The translations under genes were made by a program, and so were the position numbers. A model generated the notes under the pieces. The model made no database searches, was not told the origin of the DNA, and saw nothing but the letters and a program-made list of their open reading frames with translations. Positions 9,595-18,809 of a DNA stretch of 64,000 nucleotides are shown one piece after another (position 1 is the first letter of the stretch; each line of letters opens with the position of its first letter). Source of the DNA: an uncultured bacterium (lineage in GTDB: Bacteria; Zixibacteria; MSB-5A5; UBA10806); assembly GCA_965541585.1 (NCBI GenBank), contig CBEUCH010000008.1, positions 32,001 to 96,000 on the forward strand. The letters run 5' to 3'.

Positions 9595-10821
9595 ATGATA
9601 ACCGTCGAAAAAGCCCTGCAAATTGTACTTGATCATGCCAGTATTCTGGAGCCGGCAAATGTACCCATTCTCCAGGCGATTGGCATGGTACTGGCCGAAG
9701 ATATCGTTTCCTCGGAAGACATTCCTCCCCATGATATGACTACCATCGAGGGATTTGCTCTCAGGAGCGCCAGCATCGCCAACAGCGATCGATCCAAACC
9801 TACCACCCTTATCCTGGACGGCGAGGTGAAAGCAGGTGATCGCTGGGATAATGTCATTCAATCAGGCCATGCCTTGAAGGTGGCAGCCGGGGCGCCGCTC
9901 CCCGAAGGAGCCGATTCGGTTATCTCGTCGGATCATGCTGTGAGGGAAAGCGCCAAGAAAGTGATGATTTACAAATCTCAAAGGCCGGGTGAGCATATTC
10001 TAATCAGGGGCATGGATGTCGAGGCCGGCTCGACCGTGCTTCCCCAGGGAAAGGTTCTAAGCGCCCCGGATATAGGCGTCCTGGGAGCGATCGGCAGGAG
10101 CGAAGTTCTTTGTTATCGCAAGCCCCGAGTATCTTTCTTTGCATCGGGGAATGACCTCATTCCGCCGGACGGCCCTCCACAGTCAGGAAAACTGAGAGCA
10201 GGCAATACCTTTACCGTGCAAATTCGACTCTCCGAATACGGTGCAGAACCGATAAATCTCGGGATATTCAAGGTCAATCCGGATGAGGTAGAAGGCAGAG
10301 TAAATAGGGCGATGGAGAGCGATATGCTGATCGCCACCGCAGGCCCATCATTCTCAGATTTCGATACCATGAAAGCGATTCTCCAGAAAATCGGGATGGA
10401 TCTGAAATTCTGGAGGGTAGCTATCAGGCCAGGTAAACCCCTGATCTTCGGTACTTATAATGGCGTGCCGATATTTGGCTTATCAAGTAATATCCTTTCT
10501 TCAATGGTCGTACTGGAGCAGTTTGTCAGGCCTGCCATAATGAAGATGCAGGGCAGGAGAGAACTTCGCAGGACAGAGGTGGTGGCGCGTCTGGAAAAGG
10601 ATCTAAACGGCGGTGGCGGGATTACGCATTTCGTTCGGGCCGAAGTTCGTGTTACCGATGATGGTTTCATGGCCATCCCCGCTGGATCTCGTAACTCACC
10701 ATCGATTAGAGCGTTCTCCACTGCAAATGGGTTTATTGTGATGCCGCCGGAGGTGGAGCATATCTGCGCCGGAGAGATGGTAAAGGTTCAGATAATATCA
10801 GATCCGTCGAATTTGAATTAA
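9595..10821 (+). CDS. moeA: MoeA/gephyrin-like protein with divergent active-site motifs
   Basis: G.VLAEDI, GAPLPEGADSV, FWRVAIRPGKP, FVRPAI, ANGFI; several catalytic motifs altered. Confidence 0.8.
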   Translation: MITVEKALQIVLDHASILEPANVPILQAIGMVLAEDIVSSEDIPPHDMTTIEGFALRSASIANSDRSKPTTLILDGEVKAGDRWDNVIQSGHALKVAAGAPLPEGADSVISSDHAVRESAKKVMIYKSQRPGEHILIRGMDVEAGSTVLPQGKVLSAPDIGVLGAIGRSEVLCYRKPRVSFFASGNDLIPPDGPPQSGKLRAGNTFTVQIRLSEYGAEPINLGIFKVNPDEVEGRVNRAMESDMLIATAGPSFSDFDTMKAILQKIGMDLKFWRVAIRPGKPLIFGTYNGVPIFGLSSNILSSMVVLEQFVRPAIMKMQGRRELRRTEVVARLEKDLNGGGGITHFVRAEVRVTDDGFMAIPAGSRNSPSIRAFSTANGFIVMPPEVEHICAGEMVKVQIISDPSNLN

Positions 10822-10926
10822 GATAGTTAAGTGGGCCGGGCTTCTTCTCGTTCGGCCGTGCGCCCCGTTGAGAACCCCACCTGTATTTTAGGTTCGAGTT
10901 GTTTTCTTAATATGCCAGGACTAAAT

Positions 10927-11388
10927 TCAGGCCAACTCCGGCTGGGCCTTAGTGCGGAATTTCCTTTTGTAAAACAATAGAATATGCAGCCCCAGAAGCA
11001 GCATACCGATATCCTCGATTATGCGCAACACGAGATTGGATTTGACTGCAGTGGATGTAGAAAAACAGCCGCAGGCCACGTTTATGCCCCTGAAAGCCGT
11101 TATCGCCAGCACGATGATAAAGAATACAAGCAGGATATTTATCAGGAGGCTTGAGCTTCTTACACGGTATCCTGCTATCAACAATAACCCCGCCAACAGC
11201 TCCATCCAGGGAAAAACCAGGGCCAATAAGTTGATCAGGTCCGGAGGAGTGAGACGGTAATGATGAATCACCTGGGCGAACGCCAGGGGGTGTATAATCT
11301 TGTCGATGCTGGCAAATATAAACAGGCCCCCGAGTATTATCCGTGAAATAAGTAAAATCGAGTGTTTATGCAAGAACTGACTAATCAT
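10927..11388 (-). CDS. MauE/DoxX family membrane protein
   Basis: RIILGGLFIFASIDKI..P..F, PWMELLAG, RGINVACGCF; start taken at ATG 11388, overlapping the rhodanese gene. Confidence 0.88.
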   Translation of the reverse strand: MISQFLHKHSILLISRIILGGLFIFASIDKIIHPLAFAQVIHHYRLTPPDLINLLALVFPWMELLAGLLLIAGYRVRSSSLLINILLVFFIIVLAITAFRGINVACGCFSTSTAVKSNLVLRIIEDIGMLLLGLHILLFYKRKFRTKAQPELA

Positions 11389-11914
11389 TATCTGATTCCG
11401 AATCCTCCACAGGCAGACCGGCCTCGATCCATTTGGTCCAGCCGCCGAAAAATATATATGATTTCTCATAGCCCTGGTATTTCAGATCGCGGGCCAGGAA
11501 GAGTGAGAGTTCGCAATCTATCCCCCCGCAATAAGCGATGATTTCCTGGTCGGAATTCAGTAGCGGTTTTACATCCTCCCAATAATCCTCCCACCAATCG
11601 AAGGGCAGGCTGATGGCTCCTTTTATATGCCCTTCTTCGTATTCGAAAGGATCCCGGGCATCCAGAAATAAAGCCTCGCCTCCGAGATAGAGATTATAAG
11701 CATCCTCCAGAGAAATCAATGAGTCGCCTTTTTCATAGGACGGTGGAATATCGGGTTCGACGCGCTCGCGGTTATCCGGCCATGGAGTATCCAGAGGCAA
11801 CCCACCCAGGGCAGTCAAATTTCGTATACCATTTACCGCCAGCCCGAGGGCGGTGGCGATGACAGCGATCAAGATCGCATCTCTTAAAATCCTCACGGGC
11901 TTAAAATATGGCAT
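11381..11914 (-). CDS. Membrane-anchored rhodanese-like protein
   Basis: FLDAR...YEEGHIKGA, YCGGIDC, GGW..W..AGLP. Confidence 0.88.
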   Translation of the reverse strand: MPYFKPVRILRDAILIAVIATALGLAVNGIRNLTALGGLPLDTPWPDNRERVEPDIPPSYEKGDSLISLEDAYNLYLGGEALFLDARDPFEYEEGHIKGAISLPFDWWEDYWEDVKPLLNSDQEIIAYCGGIDCELSLFLARDLKYQGYEKSYIFFGGWTKWIEAGLPVEDSESDND

Positions 11915-11977
11915 GTTTTTATTTTGTCAAGGACAACAGCTATGCCCATATGACGTAAAGAGTTTCGAAAATCAATG

Positions 11978-12005
11978 TTGACAATTACGTTTACTTTTGT
12001 AAATT
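11978..12005 (+). promoter_or_regulatory. Sigma70-like promoter for the HNH gene
   Basis: TTGACA-16 nt-TAAATT; implies the true start is ATG 12017 or 12023. Confidence 0.45.
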
Positions 12006-12016
12006 CTATCGGTAGA

Positions 12017-12529
12017 ATGGCCATGATCTACAAACAGGTCCTGATCTTAAATCAGAATTTCGAGCCGCTTTCCGTATGCACGGTCAAGCGAGCTGTAATA
12101 ATGATGTATCTCGGTAAAGCGCTGATGGTGGAAACCCTGGATGGATATATTCTAAGGTCTGAAAGATCAGAGTTATCTGTGCCATCGGTCATCAGACTGG
12201 GTTACTACGTAAAGGTTCCCATCAAGAGGATTATGCTAACCCGTAAGAATATAATAAAGCGGGATGGGGGCCGCTGCCAGTATTGCGGCGGGAAAAAGGG
12301 GCAGATGACGGTTGATCATGTGGTTCCCAAAATATTCGGAGGCGAAGATACCTGGGAGAACCTGGTCTGTGCCTGCCATGAATGCAATAACAAAAAGGGG
12401 CATCACTACCCCGACCAGGCGGGTTTGAGGCTTGTCAGGAAACCCCGCAGGCCTAACCATATCACGTTTATCCGGCAGTTTGTCGGTGTTTCCGATAACC
12501 GCTGGCGGCAATATCTCTTCATGGATTAA
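12017..12529 (+). CDS. HNH endonuclease family protein
   Basis: VLILN..FEPL, PSVIRL, RDGGRCQYCG, TVDHVVP..GG..TWENLVCAC..CN..KG. Confidence 0.92.
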   Translation: MAMIYKQVLILNQNFEPLSVCTVKRAVIMMYLGKALMVETLDGYILRSERSELSVPSVIRLGYYVKVPIKRIMLTRKNIIKRDGGRCQYCGGKKGQMTVDHVVPKIFGGEDTWENLVCACHECNNKKGHHYPDQAGLRLVRKPRRPNHITFIRQFVGVSDNRWRQYLFMD

Positions 12530-12659
12530 CGATCGAGAGAGGGCAACCCCGCGTCGGTTTACGGTTTTGCGACCGAACGCGGGCAGGACAGGATTATAAA
12601 TCATATCATAGTATTCGCGACCGGATTACTGATTAAACCTGAATAGAACGAGGGAATTT

Positions 12660-13646
12660 TTGGACAACAAGCGGATCATACTCTCCGGCGTTCAGCCGAC
12701 AGGAAAGCTACATCTGGGCAACTATGAAGGTGCCTTGAGGAATTGGGTAACCCTGCAGGACGATTACAAGATGTACCTCTGCGTGGTGGACTGGCATTCG
12801 CTTACATCGGATTTTAACGACACGGCCGGACTTCAGGATCGAATCCTCGAAACCACCATAGATTTTCTGGCCGCCGGCCTGGATCCGGAGAAGTGCTCTA
12901 TATTCGTACAATCCGATGTTAAAGAGCACGCAGAGCTGCATCTGCTTTTTTCGATGTTGATACCGATATCGTGGCTGGAGAGGGTGCCATCGTATAAAGA
13001 GAAATCTGAATCACTGGGATTGGATACCTACGGTTTTCTTGGCTATCCATTGCTGCAGGCCGCCGATATCCTTCTATATAAGGCCCATGCCGTTCCGGTC
13101 GGCAAAGACCAATTGCCGCATATCGAGCTGACAAGAGAGATAGCTCGGCGATTCAACAACCTTTACGGAAATGTCTTTCCGGAGCCGGAATCTCTCCTTT
13201 CAGAGTTTCCGGCTATTCCCGGCACAGACGGGCGCAAGATGAGCAAGTCCTACGATAATGACATCAAGCTTGCCGATTCCCCCGAGGAGACTGCCGCCAG
13301 GATAAAAAAGATGATCACCGATCCCAAAAAGATATACAAAGGCGATCCGGGGCGACCTGACATATGCCCGGTATTTGCTCTTCACAAGGTTTACACCGGC
13401 GATACTAAAGATATCTATGAAGGATGCATTTCGGGGTCTCTTGGCTGTGCGGATGACAAAAAGGGGATTGCGGAGAATATCAATAATGTCCTGACACCGC
13501 TGCGGGCGAAGAGAAAAGAGCTTGAAAAAGATATAGGATATGGCATAGAAACACTTAAAAGGGGCGCCCGGGAGGCCGGCGAGTGTGCCCGGGCGACGAT
13601 GGATGATGTCAGAAAAGCCATGAATCTGACGAGGGAAAATGCCTGA
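12660..13646 (+). CDS. trpS: Tryptophan--tRNA ligase
   Basis: SGVQPTG.LHLGNY, YPLLQAADIL, VPVGKDQ, KMSKS. Confidence 0.97.
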   Translation: MDNKRIILSGVQPTGKLHLGNYEGALRNWVTLQDDYKMYLCVVDWHSLTSDFNDTAGLQDRILETTIDFLAAGLDPEKCSIFVQSDVKEHAELHLLFSMLIPISWLERVPSYKEKSESLGLDTYGFLGYPLLQAADILLYKAHAVPVGKDQLPHIELTREIARRFNNLYGNVFPEPESLLSEFPAIPGTDGRKMSKSYDNDIKLADSPEETAARIKKMITDPKKIYKGDPGRPDICPVFALHKVYTGDTKDIYEGCISGSLGCADDKKGIAENINNVLTPLRAKRKELEKDIGYGIETLKRGAREAGECARATMDDVRKAMNLTRENA

Positions 13647-14397
13647 TACAAATGTCGACAGAGCCGCCGAACTTGTATTCGAGCTGGGGAGCTTCGGCGG
13701 CCCGCTGGATCTGCTTTTATACCTGATCAAAAAGGATGAAGTGGATATATATGATATTCCGATTGCTGAAATCACGAGACAATACCTGGCGTATCTCGAG
13801 GCCTGCCGCGAGTTGAACCTCGAAATCGCCGGCGAATTCTTGTACATGGCGGCAGCCCTCATAAGAATCAAGGCTCAGATGTTGCTGCCCAGACCGGAAG
13901 AGGATGAGCAGTGGGAAGATCCCAGAACCGAGCTTATCAAAGCACTGCAAGAATATAAGAATCTCAAGAACGTCTCCTCCGCGCTTGAAGAGATGGCGGT
14001 TGGTCAGCAGAAAAGATACCCCAGAAGAGACTATACGCTTTACGATATCCCTCCCCCCGAAGCGGAGCTGGTAAAGGTGGATCTGATGACGCTGATGATC
14101 GCCTTCGGCGATCTCATAAGCAAAGTCGAGACTGAATCATCCTACGAGTTGGAACCACTTGAGATTACGGTCGAGGAGCGAAGAGATCGAATATTATTGC
14201 TCCTCGAGCAGACGGATTCGATGGAATTCGGCCAACTCTTTGAGGATGATCCCAGAAAGATCGTAATGGTGGTAACATTCATCGCTATTCTGGAGTTAGT
14301 TAAATCAGGGGTTCTGAGGGTCGAGCAGGCCGAACGGTTCTCGACTATAAGAGTGTATAAATGCTCACCCCTACCCGTCAATGTAACGGAGAGCTGA
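13639..14397 (+). CDS. scpA: Segregation/condensation protein A
   Basis: FGGPLDLLLYLI, DIYDIPIA.IT.QY, IKAQMLLP, TFIAILEL. Confidence 0.95.
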   Translation: MPDTNVDRAAELVFELGSFGGPLDLLLYLIKKDEVDIYDIPIAEITRQYLAYLEACRELNLEIAGEFLYMAAALIRIKAQMLLPRPEEDEQWEDPRTELIKALQEYKNLKNVSSALEEMAVGQQKRYPRRDYTLYDIPPPEAELVKVDLMTLMIAFGDLISKVETESSYELEPLEITVEERRDRILLLLEQTDSMEFGQLFEDDPRKIVMVVTFIAILELVKSGVLRVEQAERFSTIRVYKCSPLPVNVTES

Positions 14398-16001
14398 TGC
14401 GAGCAATCACGGTTTTAGCTTTCATTTTCTTTGCGCTGGAGGGGGAAACCTTTGGCTGTGCAACTGCGGATCTGATTGCAGGCTTTAGCGGCTCCGGCGA
14501 CGGTGTGATCCTCACCCGCCCCGAAATGCAGCATAACTGGGCTACGCCCGAAGGTATTTTCCTGATCCATTACGATACGGAAGGGCCTCGTGCAGTATAC
14601 CATGCTGATGAGGATATCGATCCAGCCGACGGTATTCCGGATTATGTAAACAGGCTTTCAGAATTCCTGTATCAATCATACCAGGTTTTTATCGTCGAAC
14701 TGGATTATGATCCTCCTCCATTTGACGGTGAAGGCGGCGGAGGCCCCCTCTATGATATTTATCTGACAGAGGTTCCGGCGTTGACCTCACCGGAAAACCC
14801 GTCGGATCAATATCCGGGCAGGCCTGCTTATACGTCATATATACAGCTTGGCAGGGATATGCGTACCCCACGCTACCCCGATGATCCCTATCCTTTTCTG
14901 AAGGTCTCTGCGGCCCACGAGTACTTCCATGCGGTTCAGTTTGCATATAGAGCGTATTCTGTGGATGCCACGCCGTGGTGGTTCGAATCGTGTGCGGCCT
15001 GGGCCGAGGAGATGGTCTTCGATGAAATTAACGACGTGCATTATGATCTGCCCGAATATCTTCCGCGGCTCCATTATTCTCTCTATCAGACCGGAGGGCC
15101 GTTTATGTATGGTGCCTGGTTATTTCCTCAGTTTGTTTCGGAGAGGATCGGTCCCAGGATAATCAAACGGTGCTGGGAAAAGTTTGCATCTTTGAATTTT
15201 GCGATGGAAGCGATAAGACTGGCTTTTAATGAATTTGGATATGATTTCAACGACGAATATTGCCGGCATATAGTCTGGAATTATTTCACGGGCCCGAATT
15301 ATCAGCCGGGCTTTTATGAGGAGGCGGCCCTCTTCGACGAAACAGTTTTCGAAGCCCGGATACACTATAGTTATCCGATCGAATGGATGGGACAACCGGT
15401 TGATCAGCAAAATGTTTCGGGCGCCTATATAAATTTCTGGAAGCCCCAGATAAATAAAGGCTCTCTTGTGATTGAATATTACAATCCCACCGATGACGAT
15501 CATTCCGTTTGCATCGCTGTGCTGCGGAATTCATCGGGAGTGGAATACGATATCTACAGGGTTCAGAATCGGGTATACACAACTTTCACGGTCAGAGATT
15601 TCGCTGAATGCGAAAAAGTCATAATGATGCCGGTATGGCGATACGAGGGAGTTCCTGCAGGGGGGACGACCTCCTATATATACAGGGCTCACGTCGACAG
15701 CAATCTGACTTCCGTTGCGGATGAGCTCCCGGGTCCGGGAGATTTCGAGCTCTTGGGGGCATTCCCGAACCCCTTTAATCGGTCGGTGTCAATCGTATTC
15801 GAGGCTCCGGTCGGAGAAGAGTACGAGATCAGGGTATACGACATAGTCGGCCGTCTGATATCGGGCTGGCATGGGCGGCGCGATTCTGGAATGAATCGAC
15901 TGATATGGACCGCCCCGGAGGATCTTGCGGGAGGCGTTTTACTATACGAGGTGGAGATAGGATCATCAAAGCGTCAAGGGAAGATGTTATATTTGAAATA
16001 G
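14397..16001 (+). CDS. Secreted zinc metalloprotease-like protein with C-terminal secretion (T9SS-like/FlgD-type) domain
   Basis: Signal-like N-terminus, AHEYFHAVQ, WWFES.A.WAE, C-terminal FPNPFN...VYDIVGR...KMLYLK. Confidence 0.75.
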   Translation: MRAITVLAFIFFALEGETFGCATADLIAGFSGSGDGVILTRPEMQHNWATPEGIFLIHYDTEGPRAVYHADEDIDPADGIPDYVNRLSEFLYQSYQVFIVELDYDPPPFDGEGGGGPLYDIYLTEVPALTSPENPSDQYPGRPAYTSYIQLGRDMRTPRYPDDPYPFLKVSAAHEYFHAVQFAYRAYSVDATPWWFESCAAWAEEMVFDEINDVHYDLPEYLPRLHYSLYQTGGPFMYGAWLFPQFVSERIGPRIIKRCWEKFASLNFAMEAIRLAFNEFGYDFNDEYCRHIVWNYFTGPNYQPGFYEEAALFDETVFEARIHYSYPIEWMGQPVDQQNVSGAYINFWKPQINKGSLVIEYYNPTDDDHSVCIAVLRNSSGVEYDIYRVQNRVYTTFTVRDFAECEKVIMMPVWRYEGVPAGGTTSYIYRAHVDSNLTSVADELPGPGDFELLGAFPNPFNRSVSIVFEAPVGEEYEIRVYDIVGRLISGWHGRRDSGMNRLIWTAPEDLAGGVLLYEVEIGSSKRQGKMLYLK

Positions 16002-16010
16002 GATCAGGGA

Positions 16011-16673
16011 ATGAGCAACGAGCAGGATATAAGAGAGTCAGCGGGGACGGAGGAAATCGAGAGTAGATTTCCCGGTCTTTTTGAGGATGAGTCGGCCACG
16101 GCGGCCGAGGCCCTGCTGTTCGCCTCGCCCCAGCCTTTGAGCGATAGAGAGATCGCTCGCATAATCGGGTGTGATAGGCGAAAAGTAGCTGCCATCATTG
16201 AGGAGCTAAACCAGAAATATGTTGAATGGGGAAGATCATTCAGGATAGAGGAATTCGGTGGTCGCTACAGATTTTTCACCCTCCCCGAATTCGACCGCTA
16301 CATCAAGCGACTGGCGGATATCCCGCGGCCGGTAAAGCTATCCAGGGCTGCGCTGGAGGTTCTCTCTATCATAGCCTATAAACAGCCGGTGGTTAGATCG
16401 GAGATCGAGCGTATCAGGGGCGTAAATCCTGAAGGTGTGATACGGACCCTGATCGAGAGGGGCCTGATCGAGGTGCACGGCAGATCCGATGGTCCCGGGC
16501 GGCCATTACTATATGGAACTACCAGAGATTTTTTGGAGTTTTTCGGTATTTCCGATCTTTCGGAGTTGCCGGATCCCGAGCCAGCCGCTGATAGGGATAC
16601 AGATAAGATATTGGTCATGAAAAGGCCCGCTGAGGAAAGCGAATCTACGGCGCCTGCCGATGAGACTGAATAA
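16011..16673 (+). CDS. scpB: Segregation/condensation protein B
   Basis: EALLFAS, LSRAALEVLSIIAYKQP, IRGVN, GRPLLYGTT..FL..FG. Confidence 0.96.
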   Translation: MSNEQDIRESAGTEEIESRFPGLFEDESATAAEALLFASPQPLSDREIARIIGCDRRKVAAIIEELNQKYVEWGRSFRIEEFGGRYRFFTLPEFDRYIKRLADIPRPVKLSRAALEVLSIIAYKQPVVRSEIERIRGVNPEGVIRTLIERGLIEVHGRSDGPGRPLLYGTTRDFLEFFGISDLSELPDPEPAADRDTDKILVMKRPAEESESTAPADETE

Positions 16674-17376
16674 ATTTCTTGCCAAAACCGGTATAGCATC
16701 CCGCAGAGCAGCCGATCTGCTGCTGGTACAAGGGCGTATCGCTGTCAATGGCGAGATTGTCACCACTCCCGGCAGCGTTGTGGACGAGGCTGTTGATGAG
16801 ATCACTTTCGATGGTAAACTGGTTACACTGCCCGAAGAATTTGTTTATGTTCTGTTAAACAAACCGGTCGGCTATCTGGTAACCTGCAGGGACGATTTCA
16901 AGCGCCCCATCGTGCTCGATCTGATCAGGAAATACAAACGGTTGGTGCGGCCGGTGGGCCGCCTCGACCTCGATTCTTCAGGGCTATTACTGCTCACAAA
17001 TGACGGCGAATTGGCTTTCAGGCTGGCGCATCCCCGATATAAGATTGATAAGAAATATCTGGTAAAATGCGAGGGTTTTGTCTCAGACGATGAAATGGAG
17101 AGACTCCGGGACGGCATCGAACTTGACGATGGTTCGACCTGGCCCGCGAAGGTCGAATTGATATCTCGCAGCAAGAACTCCAGCAGATTTCATATTACTA
17201 TTCATGAGGGCCGAAAGCGTCAGGTAAGGAGGATGTGCCAGGTCATAGGCCATTCGACAATAACCCTGCGAAGGGTGGAATACGGTTGTATCAACCTCAG
17301 CAACTTGAAGGCGGGAGAATATCGTCTTCTGAAGAAAGCGGAAGTGGGAATTTTGAGAACGTCGGTCGGCCTGTGA
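16660..17376 (+). CDS. rluB: rRNA pseudouridine synthase (RluB/RsuA family)
   Basis: S4 domain (RLNKFLA..G.ASRR), PVGRLDLDSSGLLLLTNDG, EGRKRQVRRM. Confidence 0.9.
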   Translation: MRLNKFLAKTGIASRRAADLLLVQGRIAVNGEIVTTPGSVVDEAVDEITFDGKLVTLPEEFVYVLLNKPVGYLVTCRDDFKRPIVLDLIRKYKRLVRPVGRLDLDSSGLLLLTNDGELAFRLAHPRYKIDKKYLVKCEGFVSDDEMERLRDGIELDDGSTWPAKVELISRSKNSSRFHITIHEGRKRQVRRMCQVIGHSTITLRRVEYGCINLSNLKAGEYRLLKKAEVGILRTSVGL

Positions 17377-18053
17377 AAAAACACCGTGTTATAGTTATAG
17401 ACGGTCCTGCCGGTTCGGGCAAGAGCAGCACCGCCAGGCTCCTGGCGAAAAGGGTGGGATTCACCTATCTCGATACGGGTTCCATGTACCGCAGCGTTAC
17501 ATTAGCCGCAATAGAAAGAGGGATAGATTTAAACGACGAGGCGAAGGTCACGGAAATCGCAGGGAAGGTGAAAATAGAAATCGTCCCCGGCGAGGATGAG
17601 GATAGGTTTTTCCTCGACGGAAAAGACGTCACTCTTCTGATCCGTAAACCGAGGATTGATGCCGGAGTATCACTCGTTTCATCCTACAAAGGGGTCAGAG
17701 AAAAAATGGTCGGACTCCAGCAGAAGTTCGCCCGGGTTGCCGATATCGTGGCCGAGGGAAGAGACATGGGAACGGTTGTATTCCCGGATGCCGAGCTCAA
17801 GATTTTCCTGGTTGCCGATCTGCAAACCAGAGCAATCCGACGGTGCCGCCAGCTCGATGGGGTCGGTATCACGACGTCCCTTGAGGAGCAAACGGCATCG
17901 CTTTCATCGAGGGATCTCTTTGACTCGGGGAGGGATCATTCGCCTCTGAGGAAAGCCGATGACGCAATTGAGATAGATACCACCGATATGTCGCTGGGCG
18001 GTCAGGTGGAAAAGGTATATGAGCTGGCTTGCGAAAAGCTGGGAATATCGTGA
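17373..18053 (+). CDS. cmk: Cytidylate kinase
   Basis: IDGPAGSGKS, YLDTGSMYR, EGRDMGTVVFPDA; GTG start overlapping the rluB stop. Confidence 0.96.
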   Translation: MKKHRVIVIDGPAGSGKSSTARLLAKRVGFTYLDTGSMYRSVTLAAIERGIDLNDEAKVTEIAGKVKIEIVPGEDEDRFFLDGKDVTLLIRKPRIDAGVSLVSSYKGVREKMVGLQQKFARVADIVAEGRDMGTVVFPDAELKIFLVADLQTRAIRRCRQLDGVGITTSLEEQTASLSSRDLFDSGRDHSPLRKADDAIEIDTTDMSLGGQVEKVYELACEKLGIS

Positions 18054-18685
18054 AACCGTTTTATAGGACCTGCCGGTTTATTGTCAGATCATTTCTCGTT
18101 ATCTATTGCCGCCTGCAGGTTAGCGGCAGAGAAAACATTCCGTCCGAGGGCGGCATCGTTATAGCCTCGAATCATATCGCGGCGGGCGATCCCCCGTTCG
18201 TGGGCTCCTCTATTAATCGAGAGGTCTATTTCCTGGCTAAAAGAGAGCTTTTCATAAATCCTCTGTTAAGAATCTTAATCAGAAACTTAAACGCATTTCC
18301 GGTAAACAGGGGTGTCTTCGATCGCAACGCTCTCGAGCGGTCGGAGGAAATCCTCCAGAAAGGATTCGGGCTGGTATTATTCCCCGAGGGGACCCGCAGC
18401 AGAACCGGCGAACTGGGGCGCGGGAAACCGGGCATCGGAATGCTGGCCAGACATGCTATGGTTCCCATCGTGCCGGCGTATATCGAAAACTCCAAACGTT
18501 TTCTGAGATTGCCGTTCACCGGGAGAAAGCTGGCGATACGTTTCGGCCCGCCTCTCACTCCGGAATGGCTCTCGAAGTTCTCGGATGATAAGGACGGATA
18601 CAGAGCCATCGTAGCGGAGGTCATGGAGAGAATCAGGCTATTGAAAGAAGAATCGGCTTCGGGGCGGCTTCCGGTCTCCAAATAG
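18050..18685 (+). CDS. plsC: 1-acyl-sn-glycerol-3-phosphate acyltransferase
   Basis: SNHIAAGDP (HX4D), FPEGTRS. Confidence 0.9.
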   Translation: MKPFYRTCRFIVRSFLVIYCRLQVSGRENIPSEGGIVIASNHIAAGDPPFVGSSINREVYFLAKRELFINPLLRILIRNLNAFPVNRGVFDRNALERSEEILQKGFGLVLFPEGTRSRTGELGRGKPGIGMLARHAMVPIVPAYIENSKRFLRLPFTGRKLAIRFGPPLTPEWLSKFSDDKDGYRAIVAEVMERIRLLKEESASGRLPVSK

Positions 18686-18809
18686 ATGTAAAAAAGATTT
18701 GCCAGGTGTTGGAAATTACTTATATTGTTTTTCAATTATCTCCCGATAATCTTAAATTGGGGGACCCCTTAGGGGGAATTGATTTTGTGCTAAGGAGGAT
18801 TTTTTAGTA

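Noticed and set aside
12017..12529. HNH nuclease as a phage packaging or homing endonuclease
   Set aside because: It has the common stand-alone chromosomal HNH architecture, is far from the terminase, and has no intron or mobile context.
12535..12655. T-box riboswitch before trpS
   Set aside because: Only one hairpin (CCGCG.TCGGT...ACCGA.CGCGG); no T-box consensus and the region is too short.
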